From the NCBI RefSeq assembly GCF_004010195.1, contig NW_025215381.1, positions 705,766 to 769,765 on the forward strand: a DNA stretch of 64,000 nt, read 5' to 3'. The translations under genes were made by a program, and so were the position numbers. The notes beneath the pieces were generated by a model. The model was not told the DNA's origin. It saw only the letters and a list, made by a program, of their open reading frames with translations, and did no database searches. Below, piece after piece: positions 13,471 through 27,759 of the stretch (position 1 is the first letter of the stretch; each line of letters starts with the position of its first letter). This DNA comes from Chiloscyllium plagiosum. Taxonomy: Eukaryota.

Positions 13471-13680
13471 TTAGGTGTCTGTGTGTGCTGTGGTGTGCAT
13501 TGAAACATAGAAGATAGGAGCAGAGGTAAGCCACCCTGCCCTTCAAATCCACTCCACCATTCATTATGATCATGGCTGATTATCCAACTTAGTAACCCAT
13601 TCCTGACTTTTTTCCACATGTCCTTTGATCCCCATGGCAGCAAGTGCTGTATTCACTCCTTGACATCATACAATGATCTG

Positions 13681-13860
13681 AAAATCACAGCTGGTCAGGC
13701 AGCATCCGTGGAGAGAGAGTAAACTAATGATTCAAGTCCAGATGACTCTTCATCAGAGCTCTGATGAAGAGTCATCGAGACTCAAAACATGAGCTTGCTC
13801 TCTCTCCCTGGATGCTGCCTGACCCACTGATTTCCAGCACTTTTGTTTTCACTGTGGATT
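13681..13860. mobile_element. Fold-back Penelope-derived mini-element, second subfamily
   Basis: Palindrome centred on cttcatcag-agct-ctgatgaag; arms with gatgctgcctgac. Confidence 0.8.
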
Positions 13861-14247
13861 CTTGCATCCTCAATAATTTCCTCCTATGCAATAATCTGGA
13901 CTTGATTGCTTTCTGTGGTAGTGAATTTCACAGGCTTACCACTCCCTTGGTGAAGAAATTTCTCCTCATGCCACTCCTAAATGGTCTACCCCCATTTCCT
14001 TAGATTCTGACTTCCCAGACTTCCTCGCCATCTGGAACATGTTCTTTCATGTACCCAGTCTAGTCTAGGTTTCTTTGAGATTCTTCCTCATTCTTCTGAA
14101 CTCCAGCAGGTACAATCCTAACAGTTTCAATGGCTCTTTGTGTGGCAGTCCTGTCACCCCAGGAATCGAACTGGTAAACCTTTTTGCCGCATTCTCTCGA
14201 TAGCAAGAACTCACTTCCTCAGAAAAAGAGACCAAAACTGCACACTA

Positions 14248-14520
14248 TAGATTAGATTAGATTCCTGACAGTGTGGAAACAGGCCCTTCGGCCCAACCAG
14301 TCCACACCAACATTCCGAAGAGTAACCCACCCAGACCCGTCTCCCTCGGACTAATGCACCTAACACTATGGGGCAATTTAGCATGGCCAATTCACCTGAC
14401 CTGGGCTGTGGAAGGAAACCCGTGCAGACACAGGGAGAATGTGCAAACTCCACACACAGTTGCCTGAGGCTGGAATCGAACCTGGGATCCTGGTGCTATG
14501 AGGCAGCAGTGCTAACCACT
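14248..14520 (-). mobile_element. HE1-type V-SINE
   Basis: (attag)n tail and V-domain. Confidence 0.88.
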
Positions 14521-16547
14521 ATATTCCAGGCTCTTTCTAATTGCAGCAAGACAGCCCTGATGCTGGACTCCATCCTTTTCCTATTTGCCTTCTTTACCAC
14601 TTGTTTCACATGCACACATATCTTCAGCAATTGGTGTTCAAGGACACCCAAGGCAGATTGTGCACATCCCTTAGTTAATTTATTACCATCAGATGATCAT
14701 CCAGCTCCCTGGTTTTGTTGCCATAATGGATAACCTCACATTTATCTGGCATGTATTTGCCGACTCACTCAACTTGTTCAAATCGCTGTTTCCTTATCAC
14801 AGTTTATCCTTCCATCTCTAAATCTACAATTTCCACTCTCCCACACAGCTTTGCATCATCTGCAAATTTGGAGATTTTGCAATTGGTTCCCTCACCTAAA
14901 TTAATAATATATGCAATGAATAGTTGGGGTCCTAGCACTGATCCCAGCAGTATCCCACAAGCCTGCCATTTGTTTCCTGTTTGCTAACTAATTTTCTGTC
15001 CACATTTCTCTAATCTCTAGTTCCTATACCTGTCCCGATTTTGGTGACCACCTCTATCCTATGCTAGTCAGTATTTCTGTAATCTCTTCCAAAACCTATA
15101 AACCATTGGAAATCTGATGTTTCTCGAGCTCTGGCCTGTTGAGCACCTCCAGTGAACCGTTTGCAGTTTTGCATGCAGTTGCTTAGGCTGGAATCTCGTC
15201 CCTAAACCTTTGTGTCTATACCTAATTTCCCTTGTATAAAAGATGATTTTTCAAATCTACCTCTAGGTCCATGCTTTTGGTCTTCTGGCTTAGTGGCAGT
15301 GTCATACTTCCAATTTATCGTGCTGCTACGGCCCTTGGAAAGTTTTGTCTTAAAGGTACTATTAAAATCTAAGTTGGATGTTTTACAGAATATTACAGCA
15401 CAGGAGGCGGTCGTTCACACCATTATTTATTGGCCCTTTGGAAGAGTAATCCAGGAAATTTTGCTCAGGGGTTCTTTCTTGGTGCTTTTTGTTTTGGGAT
15501 CTTACCAAATATTAGGTAGGCTAATTCTTTGAAAACTTCTAAAATAGATTTTAAACTGTTTGAGGGTTTCCTGGCTTGTTTATAACTTGAACTCACTGCA
15601 GCCCATGTGTGACTTGCAATTATTACAACTGAGTAGTATGTGAGTGCCATTTCAGAGGACACTTAAGAGTCAACCACATTGCTGTGGGTCTGGAGTCACC
15701 GACTGAGTAAAGACAGTCAGTTATTTCGGAGTTCTTTTCTTATTGGGTTCAGATCGAGAATGGTTTCACATGAATCATTTAGATTTTAGAAACCAAATGA
15801 ACTATCTACCTTGCTGGACTTCAAACCCAGGTTCGAGGAATATTATCTGGTCTCTGGAATAGTGTTAATACCACATTCTCCCTGGAGGAAACAAAAAAAG
15901 TGAAACTTGGAAATGATACAAACCAATCTTAAATCATCTTGTATATCTGAAAGTGGAACTCTGGTATCTTCTAGTGTTGTAACTTTTTCTCCTCAACCTC
16001 TACCAGGAATCAGATATGTGCATTTTAGTGAATCCACAGTGTCTCTAAAGTACAATTGTTCTGCACTGGTTGTAATTTGGTTGAATGAACTTGCTGCATC
16101 ATGTACGATCCGAAATTGAAATTAATGGCCAAGAGGTATTTCATTCAACGTCCAGACTGAGCTTGTTACAGGAAAATATAACCCGACCCCAGTGAGAAAC
16201 AGGAATGTCAGGAATAGCCAATTCATTTGTAGCCTCAGACAACTCAGGCAAAATTCCTTTAGACTACCTCAGTGCTGACTCCTGTTGGCCTGCTGCAGCT
16301 CTGACATCTCACTCTAGCCATTCTGTTCACTAGTACTTCATGGTTTCAAAGCAGCTCAGATGTAGTTCCTTGGCTTGGATATTCTGAAAGGGGGTAATGA
16401 GTGCTGTGTGCTAGGGTTCTGCTCTGAATACCCATGAAACTGATTCACTTTATCACAAGTAGCTTCATTGAACAGCCTTCAACAGTGCTGAGGTAAATTC
16501 AAGAACATCAGGCATTAGGTAGAATATGTTGAAATTATGGAGAGTTC

Positions 16548-16925
16548 TGTGCACAGTTCAGACCATCACACAAGCCAAACTTCCATCCATGGACTCTATT
16601 TACACTTATTGCTGCAGAAAAGCAACCAATATCAAATATAATCTCTTCCATTAGGCAGATGATTCAAAAGCCGAAATACATGTACCAACAGATTAAAGAA
16701 CAGCTTCTTCCTCACTGTTGTTAGATTGCTTTGAAATTAGCTAGGTCTATTCAGCAATGGTGAGCTTGCTTTTGTGCACCTCCTGTGCAGCTATAACCTT
16801 GTTTACCTTGCTGTGTTTAAATACCCCGTAATCCATATGTTCTTGTCTGTTGTGACCTGCCTGTACTGCACGTGAAACACAAGTACAGTGAAAAGGTAGG
16901 TACATGTGACAACAATAAATCAAAC
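16548..16925 (+). mobile_element. Rex1-type 3' end
   Basis: accaacagattaaagaacagcttcttc (T.R.KNSFF-like) and gtgacaacaataaatcaaa tail. Confidence 0.65.
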
Positions 16926-17149
16926 TATGTCAGGGCTTTTCCTAGTGAACCATCTTTCTCACACTCTAACTTCTCTTCCCCAACTTATCAGTTTCATTTA
17001 TCCTCATTGTATTTTATTGACATTCTTGCAGATTTATGTTTGTTACTTAATCATGGATGCTAAATCCTCCTTAAAGAGCCTCTAGGATGAAGCTATGCTG
17101 ACAGTTACCACAAATCCCCTTTAAATTATTAATGTTTCGACCAGAAACT

Positions 17150-17730
17150 AAACTGGACTACAAGAGCAGGCAAGAGACGAGGACTCCTGAAGCCAGTACC
17201 TCACTCCTGATTCCCCAGAACCTGTCCTCCATCTACAAGGCACAAGTCAGGGGTGTGATAGATTTCTCCACGCTTGCCTGGATGAATGCAGCTTCGACAA
17301 CACTAAGGTTGACACCATCCAGGACAAAGCATCCTGCTTGATTGACACCACATTCACAAAACATCCACCACCGATGCTAGTTAGCAGCGTGTAAGCCACC
17401 TTCAAGGTGCATTGCATCAACTTACCAAGCTTCTTCAACCATACCTTCCTGTCCCTTGACAGCTAGAAGGACAAGGGCAGCAGATATATGGGGAAACAAT
17501 TCCCAACAAGTTTCCCTCCATCACTCACCATTCTGACTTGGAAATTTATCATTGTGACTTCAGTGGCATTGGGTCAAATTCTTGAAATACCCAAACACTC
17601 CAGCTGTCCCTCTACCACACGGACTGCAATGTTCAAGTAAGAATCTCACCATCTTCTCCAGGGCAAATGGTGATGGGCAATAAAATGCTGGTCCAGCCAG
17701 CAACTAACTTCCCATAAACAAATTTTAAAA
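17150..17730 (+). mobile_element. Ancient CR1-like 3' fragment with DeuSINE-type tail
   Basis: IYKAQVR motif; gatgggcaataaaatgctgg tail. Confidence 0.7.
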
Positions 17731-17779
17731 AACACAAGACCCAGCTGTCTGAAAGCAGCAACACAAGTGGATAAAGTGG

Positions 17780-19487
17780 TCAGAGATGTACAGCACAGAA
17801 ACAGACCCTTCGATCCAACCCGTTCTATCCCAATCTAGTCCCACCAGCCAGCACCCAGCCCAGATACTTCCAAACCCTTCCTATTCATATATCCATCCAA
17901 ATGCCTCTTAAAATGTTGCAATTGTACCAGCCTCCACCAGTTCCTCTGGCAGCTCATTCTATACGCATACCACACACAACAAAAGGTTGCCCCTTAGTTC
18001 TCTTATATCTTTTCCCTCTCACCCAAAACCTATGCCCTCTAGTTCTGGACTCCCCCATCCCAGGGAAAAGACTGCCTATTTAAACTAGCCATGCCCCTCA
18101 ATTTTGTAAACCTCTATAAGGTCACCCCTCAGCCTCCGATGCTCCAGGGAAAATAGCCCCAGCCTGTTTTGCTTCTCCCTATAGCTCAAATCCTCCAACC
18201 CTGGCAACATCCTTGTAAATCTTTTCTGAACCTTTTCAAGGTTCACAACATCTTTCCAATAGGAAGGAGACCAGAATTGCATGCAATATTCCAACAGTGG
18301 CCTAACCAGTGTCCTGTACAGCCGCAACATGACCTCCCAACTCCTGTAAAATTGCCCGTAGTGTTAGGTAAGGGGTAAATGTAGGGGTATGGGTGGGTCC
18401 CGCTTCGGCGGGGCGGTGTGGACTTGTTGGGCCGAAGGGCCTGTTTCCACACTGAGTAATCTAATCTAATCTAAAGAAAAGCATACCAAACACCACCTTC
18501 ACTATCCTATCTACTTGCGACTCCACTTTCAAGGAGCTATGAACCTGCACTCCAAGGTCTCGGATTAGATTAGATTCCCTACAGTGTGGAAACAGGCCCA
18601 ATGGTCCACAAACACCCTCCAAAGAGTAACCTATCCAGACCCATTTCCCTCTGACTAATGCACCTGACACTATGGGTAGTTTAACATGGCCAATTCACCT
18701 GAAATGCACATCTTTGGACTGTGGGAGGAAACCAGAGCACCCGGAGAAAACCCACGCAGACATGGGGAGGATGTGCAAACTCCACACAGGCAGTCACCCA
18801 AGGCTGGAATCGAACCTGGGACCCTGGTGCTGAGAGGCAGCAGTGCTAACCGCTGAGCCACCGTTCAGCAACAGTCCCTAGGACCTTACCATTAAGTGTA
18901 TATGTACTACTAAGATTTGCTTTCCCAAAATGCAGCACCTCGCATTTATCCGAATTAAACTCCATCTGCCACTTCAGCCCATTGGCCCATCTGGTCAAGA
19001 TCCTGTTTTAATCGGAGGTAACCCTCTTCGCTGTCCACTACACCTCCAATTTACGTGTCATCTGCAAACTTACTAATTGTACCTCTGATGCTCACATCTA
19101 AATCATTTATGTAAATGACAAAAAGTAGAGGACCCAGCACTGATCTTTGTGGCACTTCACTGGTCATAGACCTCCAGTCTGAAAAGCAACCCTCAGTCTT
19201 CAACCTTTGAGCCAGTTCTGTATCCAAATGGCTAGTTCTCCCTGTATTCCATGAGATCCAACCTTGATAATCAATCTCCCATGGGGAACCTTGTGAACGC
19301 CTTACTGAAGTCCATATAGATCACATCTACTACTCTGCCCTCAGCAAACCTCTACTACTTCCTCAAAAAACTGAATCATGTTTGTGAGGCATGGCTTCCC
19401 ACACACAAAGCCATGTTGACTATCCCTAATCAGTCCTTGCCTTTCCAAATACATGTACATCCTGTCCCTCAGGATTCCCTCCAACTT
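17780..19487 (-). mobile_element. CR1 RT/3' fragment containing HE1 SINE pieces at 18347-18473 (+) and 18562-18863 (-)
   Basis: LYRTLVRPLLEYCMQFWSP; close similarity to the 5183-9553 copy. Confidence 0.9.
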
Positions 19488-19584
19488 GTCTGAAGACCTA
19501 CAGTAAGCTTGCCTTCATGGATCGGGGCGTTGATTATAAAGCTGGCAAGTCATGTTGCAGCTGCATAAACCTTTAGTTATAAGC

Positions 19585-22500
19585 TCATACAGACGTACAG
19601 CACAGAAACAGACCCTTCGATCCAACTCTGCGAAAGTGAGGACTGCACATGCTGGAGATCTGAGTCAAGATTAGAGTGGGGCTAGAAAGGCACAGCAGGT
19701 CAGGCAGCATCTGAGGAGCAGGCAAATCAACATTTCGGGCAGGAGACCTTCATCAGGAAAGATGAAGAGCTGCTGCCCGAAATGTCAATTTTCCTGCTGC
19801 TCAGATGCTGCCTGACCTGCTGCGCTTTTCCAGCACCACTCTAATCCTGACCTTCGATCCAACTTGTCCATGCCAACCAGATAGCCTAACCTAATATACT
19901 CCCATTTGCCACCACTTGGTCCATATCCCTCTAAACCCTTATTCATATACCCATCCAGATGCCTTTTAAATGCTGTAATTGTACCAGCCTCCACCACTTC
20001 CTCTGGCAGCTCGTTTCCATTCATGCACCATCCTTTGCATGAAAAAAATATTATCCCTTGGGTCCCTTTTATATCTTTCCCCTCTTAACCTGACCCTATG
20101 CCCTCTAGTTCTGGACTCCTGCACCCCAGGGAAAAAACCTTGTCTATTTACCCTATCCATGTCCCTCATGGCTTTATAAACCTCTATACAGTCACCACAC
20201 AGCCTCCAACGCTCCAGGGAAAACAGCGTCAACCTACTCAGCTTCTCCCTATAGCTGAAATCCAAGTTTGGCAACATCCTTGTAAATCTTTTCTGAACCC
20301 TTTCAAGTTTAACATACTTCTGAGGAGACAAGAATGGCACACAATATTCCAAGAGTGGCCAAACCAACATCCTGTACAGCCACAACATGACCTCCCAACT
20401 CCTGTATTCAGTGCTCTGACCAATAAAAGAAAGCATACTAAATGCCATCTTCACTATCTATCCACCTGCAACTCCACCTTCAAGGAACTCTGAACCTGCA
20501 TTCCAAAGTCCCTTTGTTCAGCAACACTCCCTAGGACCTTACCATTAAGTGTATAAGTCCTCCTCCGATTTTCTTTTCCAAAATGCAGCACCTCACATTA
20601 ATCTAAATTAAACTCCATCTGCCCTCAGCCCATTTGCTCCATCTGATCAAGATTCCATTGTAATCTGGAGGTAATCATCTTCACTGACCACTACAATTCC
20701 AATTTCGGCGTCATCTGCAAACTTACTGACTATACCTCCTATGTTCACATCCAAATTGTTTATATAAAATGACAAAGTAGTGGACCCAGCATCAATCCTT
20801 GTGGCACACCACTGGTCACAGGTCTCCAGTCTGAAATGCAATCCTCCACCACCCTCTGTCTACCTTTGAGCCAATTCTGTATCCAAATGGCTAGCTCTCC
20901 CTGTATTCCATGAGATCTAACTTTGCTAACCTGTCTCCTATGAAGAACCTTGTTGAACGCCTTGCTGAAATCCACATAGATCACATCCACTGCTCTGCCC
21001 AAATCAATCCTCCTTGTTACTAATTCAAAAAATTCAATCAAGTTAGTGAGATGTGATTTCCACACACAAAGCCAGGACTTGTTTTTCCATGTAAATCCTG
21101 TCACTCAGGATTCCCTCCTACACTTGCCCACCACTGATTTCAGCTCACCAGTCTATAGTTCCCTGGCTTTTCCTTAACCACCTTTCTTAAATAATGGCAC
21201 CACATTAGCCAGTCTCCAGTCTTCTGGCACCTCATCTGTGACTATTGATGATACACAACTCAGCAAGGGGCCCAGCAATCACTCCCCTAGCAGCACAGAT
21301 TTATAGGGTACACCTGATCAGGTCCTGGGAATTTATCCATTTTTGTGTTAAGACATCCAGCACCTCCTCTATAACATGGGCGTTTTTCAAGATGTCACCA
21401 TCTATTTCCCCACATTGTTTACTATGGAGAAGGACATGGATGACACACTGATGCAAAATGGTTGTTTCGTATCTCTCCCATCTCCTGCGCCTTCACACAT
21501 AGGCTGCCTTGCTGATCTTGGAGGGGCCCTATTCTCTCCCTAGTTACCCTGTTGTCCTTAACGTATTTGTAAAAACCCTTCAGATTCTCCTTAACCCTAT
21601 TTGCCAAAGCGCTCTCATATCCCCATGTTGCCCTCCTGATTGCCCTCTTAACTATACTCCGGCTGCTTTTATACTCTAAGGATTCACTCGATCTCTCCTG
21701 TCTCTACCTGTCATATGCTACCTTCTTTTCCTTAACCAAATCCTCAATTTCACCCATCATCCAGCATTCCCTATACCTGCCTGCCTTCCCTTTCACCCCA
21801 ACAGGAATATACTATCTCTGGACTCTCCTTTTTGAAGGCTTCCTATTTTCCACCCATCGCTTCACCTGTGAACATCTGCCCCAAATCAGCTTTTGAAAGT
21901 TCTTGCCTAATACAATGACCTTCCTCCAATTTAGAACTTCAGCTTCTAGATCTGCTCTATCCTTTTGCACCACTATTTTAAAACTAATAGTACAAGGTCG
22001 CTGGCCCCAAAGTGCTCCCCTACTAACACCTCAATCATCTGCCCTGCCTTTCCTCCCAATAGAAGGTCAAGTTTTACACCTTCGAGAACATCCACATACT
22101 GATTCAGAAAATTTTCTTGTACACACTTAACACTATGGCAGTCCCAGTCTTTGTTTGAAAAGTTAAAATTCACTACTATAACCACCCTATTATTCTTAGG
22201 GATAACTGAAATTTCCATTAAACATTTGTTTCTCAATTTCCTGCTGACTATTAGGGGGTCAGCCCTTTCTTATTTCTCAGTTCCACCAAATAACTTCCCT
22301 GGATGGATTCCAAGGAATACCCTCCCTAACAAGTAGGAGTATGGAATGCACTGCCTACAACAGGAGTCCAGTAAGGGCACTTAAATGGTCATTTAATAAA
22401 CAGTTGAGAATGGAATAGTGTATGATAGATAAGCTTCTAATTGTTGCACTGATCCGTAGAACCATCGAGGGTCGAAGGGCTAGTACTGCGCTGCGATGTT

Positions 22501-23085
22501 TTTTAAGTACAACAGTAATACTATCCCTTATCAAAAATGCCACTCCCCCTCTCACCACCTTTATCCTTGCTGTAGCATTGTACCCTGGAACAGTAAGCTA
22601 CCAGTCCTGTCCACCCCTGAGCCACCTTTCTGTAGTTGGTATGATATCCCAGTCTCATGTTCCTAACCATGCCCCGCGTTCATCGGACTGCCCTGTTGGG
22701 TCTCTTGCATTGAACTAAATGCAGTTTAATATCAGTCCTACCTTGTTCTCTGCCTTGTTCCTTCTTGCCCTGACTGTTTGACTTGCTCCCTTTCCTAACT
22801 GTATCAGTCTCAGATTGATCTTTTTTCTCACTATTTCCCAGTGTCCCATTCCCACACCTTAATAGTTTAAATCCTCCCAAGCAGTTCTAGTAAATCTCTC
22901 TGCCAGTATATTAGTCCCCTTCCAATTCAGGTGTAATCCATACTTCTTGTACAAGTCAACTCTACTCCAGCAGAGATTCCAATGATACAAAAATGTCAAC
23001 CCTTCTCCCATGCACCACCTCCTCAGCCACACATTCATCTGCTTTATTCTTCTATTCCTGCCCTCACTTGCTTGTAGCACCAGAA
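19585..23085 (-). mobile_element. Long degraded CR1 (end of ORF1 through 3' UTR)
   Basis: GLHLNWKGTNILA (ORF1), NFSNKDWDCH, YVDFSKAF, KFADD. Confidence 0.9.
19628..19850. mobile_element. Fold-back Penelope-derived mini-element inserted in a CR1 tail
   Basis: Inverted arms; 14-bp TSD ccttcgatccaact at 19614-19627 and 19851-19864. Confidence 0.88.
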
Positions 23086-23990
23086 TTAGAATGTAGATTA
23101 TTACAGCACAGTTCAGGCCCTTCAGCCCTCATAGTTGCACCGACCTGTGGAACCAATCTGAAGCCTATCTATCCTATACTATTCCATTTTCATCCATATG
23201 TTTATTCAATGACCATGTCTTAAACTTGGTGAGTCTACTACTGTTGCAGGCAGGGGGTTTCATGCCCCTACCACTGAGTAAAGAAACTACCTCTGACATC
23301 TGTCCTATATCTAACATTCCTCAATTTAAAGCTTTGACTCCTCATGCTAGCCATTATCATCTGAGGAAAATGGCTGTCACTGTCCACCTGATCTAGCTGA
23401 TTATCTTGTATGTCTCAATTAAGTCACCTCTCAACTTTCTCTCGAATGAAAACAGCCTCATGTCCCTCAGCCTTTCCTCATAAGATCATCCCTCCATACC
23501 AGGCAACATCCAAGTAAATTGTTTGTGAACCCTTTCCAAAGCTTTCAAGTCCTTCCTGTAATGTGGTGACCAGAACCGTACTCAATACTCCAAGTGCGGC
23601 CGCATTAGAGTTTTGTACAACTGCAGAAACTCCAATACTCTCACAATAAAAGCTAACACTGTATGCCTTCTTAACCTTATCAACCTGGGTGGCAACTTTC
23701 AGGGATCTATGCACATGACACAGATCTCTCTGCTCATCTACACTGCCAAGAATCTCACCATTAGCCCAGTGCTCTTTATTCCTGTTGCTCCTTCCAAAGT
23801 GAATCACCTTACACTTTTCCACATTAAACTCCATTTGCCACCTCAGTCCAGCTCTGCAGCTTACCTATGTCCCTCTAACCTGTGACATCCTTTGAAACTG
23901 TCCACAACTCCACTGACCTTAGTGTCATCCGCAAATTTACTAACCCAAGCTTCAACACGTTGTTCCAGGTCATTTATAAAAATGACAAAC
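23085..23990 (-). mobile_element. CR1 3' fragment, different subfamily
   Basis: MEFNVEKCKVIHFGRSN, VHRSLKVATQVD. Confidence 0.85.
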
Positions 23991-24189
23991 AGAGTGGTTT
24001 ACTCTTCAAAGGGTCGGTGTGGACTGGTTGGTGCAGATATAGTGGGCCAAAGGGCCTGTTCCTATGATGTACTGTTCTATAATATATGCCCAATAAAAAC
24101 TAAGCTTGTTAATTTGACTGTCCTTATCTATATGAAGATTAAGATCCTCAATAATGAACACATGGAACTTTGAACAAAGCTCCAATAAT

Positions 24190-24455
24190 TTCATAGAATC
24201 ATATCATGGAATCCCTACAATGTGGAAGCAGGCCATTCAGCCCAGTGAGTCCACACCAACCCTCCGAAGTGCATCCCACCCAGACCCAACCCTGTATTTC
24301 CATTGGTTAATTCACCTAGGCGACATATCCCTGGACACCACGTGACAATTTACCATAGCCAGTCCATCTAACCTACACATCTTTGGATTATGGGAGGAGA
24401 CTGGAGCACCCAGCAGAAACTCAGCAGGTACGGGAAAAATGTGCAAACTCCACGT
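24190..24455 (-). mobile_element. HE1-type V-SINE, 5'-truncated
   Basis: V-domain and tail similarity to other copies. Confidence 0.8.
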
Positions 24456-25649
24456 GGTGCAAAGAAAAAGCCTGTTTTGGCTGGGAAGTAATCCCATCAC
24501 CTTGATTGTGGGAATCATTCTTTTATGTAATTAACAGAGCCATCATGAGATGTTTTCAACTTGTTTTCTGCACAATGGAATAGCTGGTGTGGCCAGCCAG
24601 GCCACCTGAAAGAATTAACTTATGAAGAACAATAATAAACTGATTAAAATATGCTGGGAAATAGAACCCAACCTTGACCAAAGTGATTGTGTCAATCCGT
24701 AGTAGAAAGACAGAACTGCAGATGCTGGAGATCCGGTTTGAGCGCGTGGTGCTGAAAAAACGGTGAGGCAGCATCTGAGGAGCAGGACAAGCGACATTCC
24801 AGACATAAGCAAGGAATGAAAATGTCAATCCACATTCTGCAGAATCTAGACAGACTGCATCTGCCCAGAGTTTGCAAACAAACTTGACAGCTGCAGACCC
24901 TGCAAAACACATCTGACCTTGGAGTTGAATGGGACAATGGAATGTCATCCTCTGGACAATCAGGAGCTTCGGATCATTCACTAGACACGGAGGCAACTAG
25001 CCACCTTATTTGGAGGCTGTGTACAATCCAGCACCTCCTGTAATGGCCACCCTGCCAATGTGCCAACACCTGGTTGTCTGATTGATCAGGGCAGGAACTC
25101 AAGCATAACCACTGAAAGAGAAGACATCACCACGTGGTGCCTGACCAAGTTCAAGTGTGATGGTATACAATCATACAAGGCTAAGTTAAAGAATAAGATA
25201 GTTTGTAATGTTTGTTTATAATAATTGTTCTAATATTAATTGCATTCAATAAATGCATATTATTGTTTGTAAGAGTTGACTCAGTTCTTTTGCTAAATAT
25301 AAGAATTTAAACAATGTTGCAAGTACAGCACTGGAAAAGTACGAAAGTGACAGCACATAACCAGAATAGCATTAATATCAAGGGACTTTGTTCTACTCAT
25401 TGGACTTTGCCGGTTGGACTGAATTTGAGACCAGGGCTGTGGACATTTATCATCAAACTGGGGTCCATTAGACCAGGACTGTGGAATCTGAGCTTAACCT
25501 CCAAATGCCAGCTGTCCACAGTCCCAGCATGCAGGTAGTAATTTGCATATATGTAAAGTGGTTTGAATTAATACATGTATGAACAAATGTATTAAGTAGA
25601 TTAAGGTAATAAAATAATAATATATAAATTAGCTTGCAGAGCTCAAAGG

Positions 25650-27320
25650 TTTGTTTTCAGACATTGTCACCATACTAGGTATCATCAGCGAATGTCTCTG
25701 GTGAAGGGCTGGTGGTATGTCCCACCTCTATTTATAGGTGGAGGTAGATAGGGTTGAAATTGGTGTTTATTTATGGAGTTCTGCTTAGAATACCATGTCT
25801 AAGAATTCTTATGCATGTCTGTTTCACCTAAGGATGTAGGTTTGTGGGCTACCATGATGCCAAGGGGTTTGAGTAGTCTAAAAGTCATTGCTGATAAGTC
25901 TGATGTAAAGGTAACATGACTATAGTTTTGGTTGTATAGTGTCTGCTTGTTTGGGTTTGAGGAAAATCAGCAGATTGAGTTTATTGGGTAGCCATTTTTC
26001 TTGAAAACATTGTATAGATAGATATTTTTCTTCTGCTATTAGTAGTTCTTGGGTGCAGCAGTGTGATATATTCTGTTGAAAACAATTACCTGCAGACAAG
26101 GGACATACGACCATTATTTTGAAAAGATTTTTTTTTAAAAAGTCATTTAAAAAAGGGCTTTTGCCCAAAACATTGATTCTCCTGCTCAGATGTTGCTTGA
26201 CCTGCTGTGCTTTTCCAGCACCAGTCAACTCTAATCTCCAGCATCAAGTGCTCACTTTCACCTTGTAAAACAAATCAGACTCAAAAAGACAAATGCTCTG
26301 CTTGCAGATACAGACATTTACCAGCAGGTAGCAATGGACCCAGCCCCACAGCTATTAAACAGAATCTCAGCCTTTTTAACAGCACTTTAAAAAATCAGGA
26401 GAATTGAACTTTCAAAAACATGAAACCAGATGGATCCAACACACCACACTTCTATGGATACCAACCAGGGCACTGCATTTCTCTCCTTTCCTCCCCCCCC
26501 ACCACCACCACCACTCCACCCGTCTCCCTACCTGATACACCAACATAGACTAGCCAAAGAAACCTAAAACACCTAATTGAAGATTCACATCACTCCATTC
26601 ACTCCACCCAAGAATTCCTGAACACCAAAGACACCAAGACAGAAGAGGACAAAATAACAGTCTCCTTTGACATTACAGCCCTTTTCACATTGGCCTGGCC
26701 AAAGAAACACTGGCATCACTACTAGGAAAACCAGGACCACAAGCACCAGACAGCACCAACTTCATCCGCAAAGACAACATCCTCAAGCTAGTGGACCTGT
26801 GTTTCACCACCTACTTCACATCCAATAACAAAATCTCCAAACAAGTCAACGGAACACCTATAGGATCCCCAATATCAGGGCTCATAGCAGAAGCAGTAAT
26901 GCAGAGACTTGAACAAGCTGCCCTCCCATCTATCCAACCCAAACTTTGGGTCTGCTACGTAGATGACACCTTTGTCATCACAAAAATGGAACAAAAACAC
27001 ACTACATCAACAATATCCTGATAGGCAAGAGAACATACTTCCATTCCTCGACATGACAGTTGAACATAGAGATCTTCAAACCAGTATCTACAGAAACACC
27101 ACATGGACCAAATACTTAAGAGAAGCAATCATCCCAACACCCACAAATGGAGCTGCATCAAGACATTTCAACAAGCCACATCACACAGCAGCACCTAAGA
27201 ACTACAAAAAGCAGAACAAAAATATCTATACAATGTTTAAGAAAACAGGTACCCAATAAATACAATCCACCAAATTTCTCAAACAAACCCAAACAAGCAG
27301 ACAACGCAACCAAAGAAATA
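25650..27320 (+). mobile_element. Penelope-like element: RT remnant on + (~26260-27310) with an inverted 3' portion on - (~25650-26130)
   Basis: QVNGTPIGSPISGLIAEAVM, YVDDTFVI and LPFLDM PLE RT motifs; degenerate CTGATGA on - near 25690. Confidence 0.85.
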
Positions 27321-27759
27321 AGATAATGGTTGACTTTAAAGTCTATTTTAATTTAAACTTGGAAAATTTAAAAAAGTTAAAAGTTCAACAGTCTGAGTCC
27401 TCTGCTTAGCTCAGACTCCAGGAGGCCTCAGCTACCTGTTTGACACTTCCACCGCAGATAGCTGGGGAGCTTCCTCACCACTGTTCCACTTTGGGCTATG
27501 ATGCTATAGCTGTTGCTGAAGCTGCTACCTCTCCAATCTCCTTCAGTGCATCAGGAACATGCCCAGGCAGGAACCACACTGAGCTGAGACGCTGCCACAA
27601 ACTGCCAAGAGACCAGGCCAAGACGTCACAAGCCACCAAGAGGCCAGTCTGAGACCCACCATGAGCCACTGAGGGACCAGACTGAGAGCCAGAGACATGA
27701 GGCCAAGATCCACTGTGAGCCACAGAGACCAGGCAGAGACCCACCACAAGGCCAACAAG

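Larger units (their letters stand above)
13495..14990 (-). mobile_element. Old CR1 3' fragment with nested PLE fold-back and SINE
   Basis: CR1 3' UTR (catagaagataggagcag) and KFADD-region remnant near 14850. Confidence 0.75.

Noticed and set aside
24520..25315. Possible solo LTR (AATAAA, ends in ...aaaca)
   Set aside because: No convincing 5' TG boundary or TSD found.
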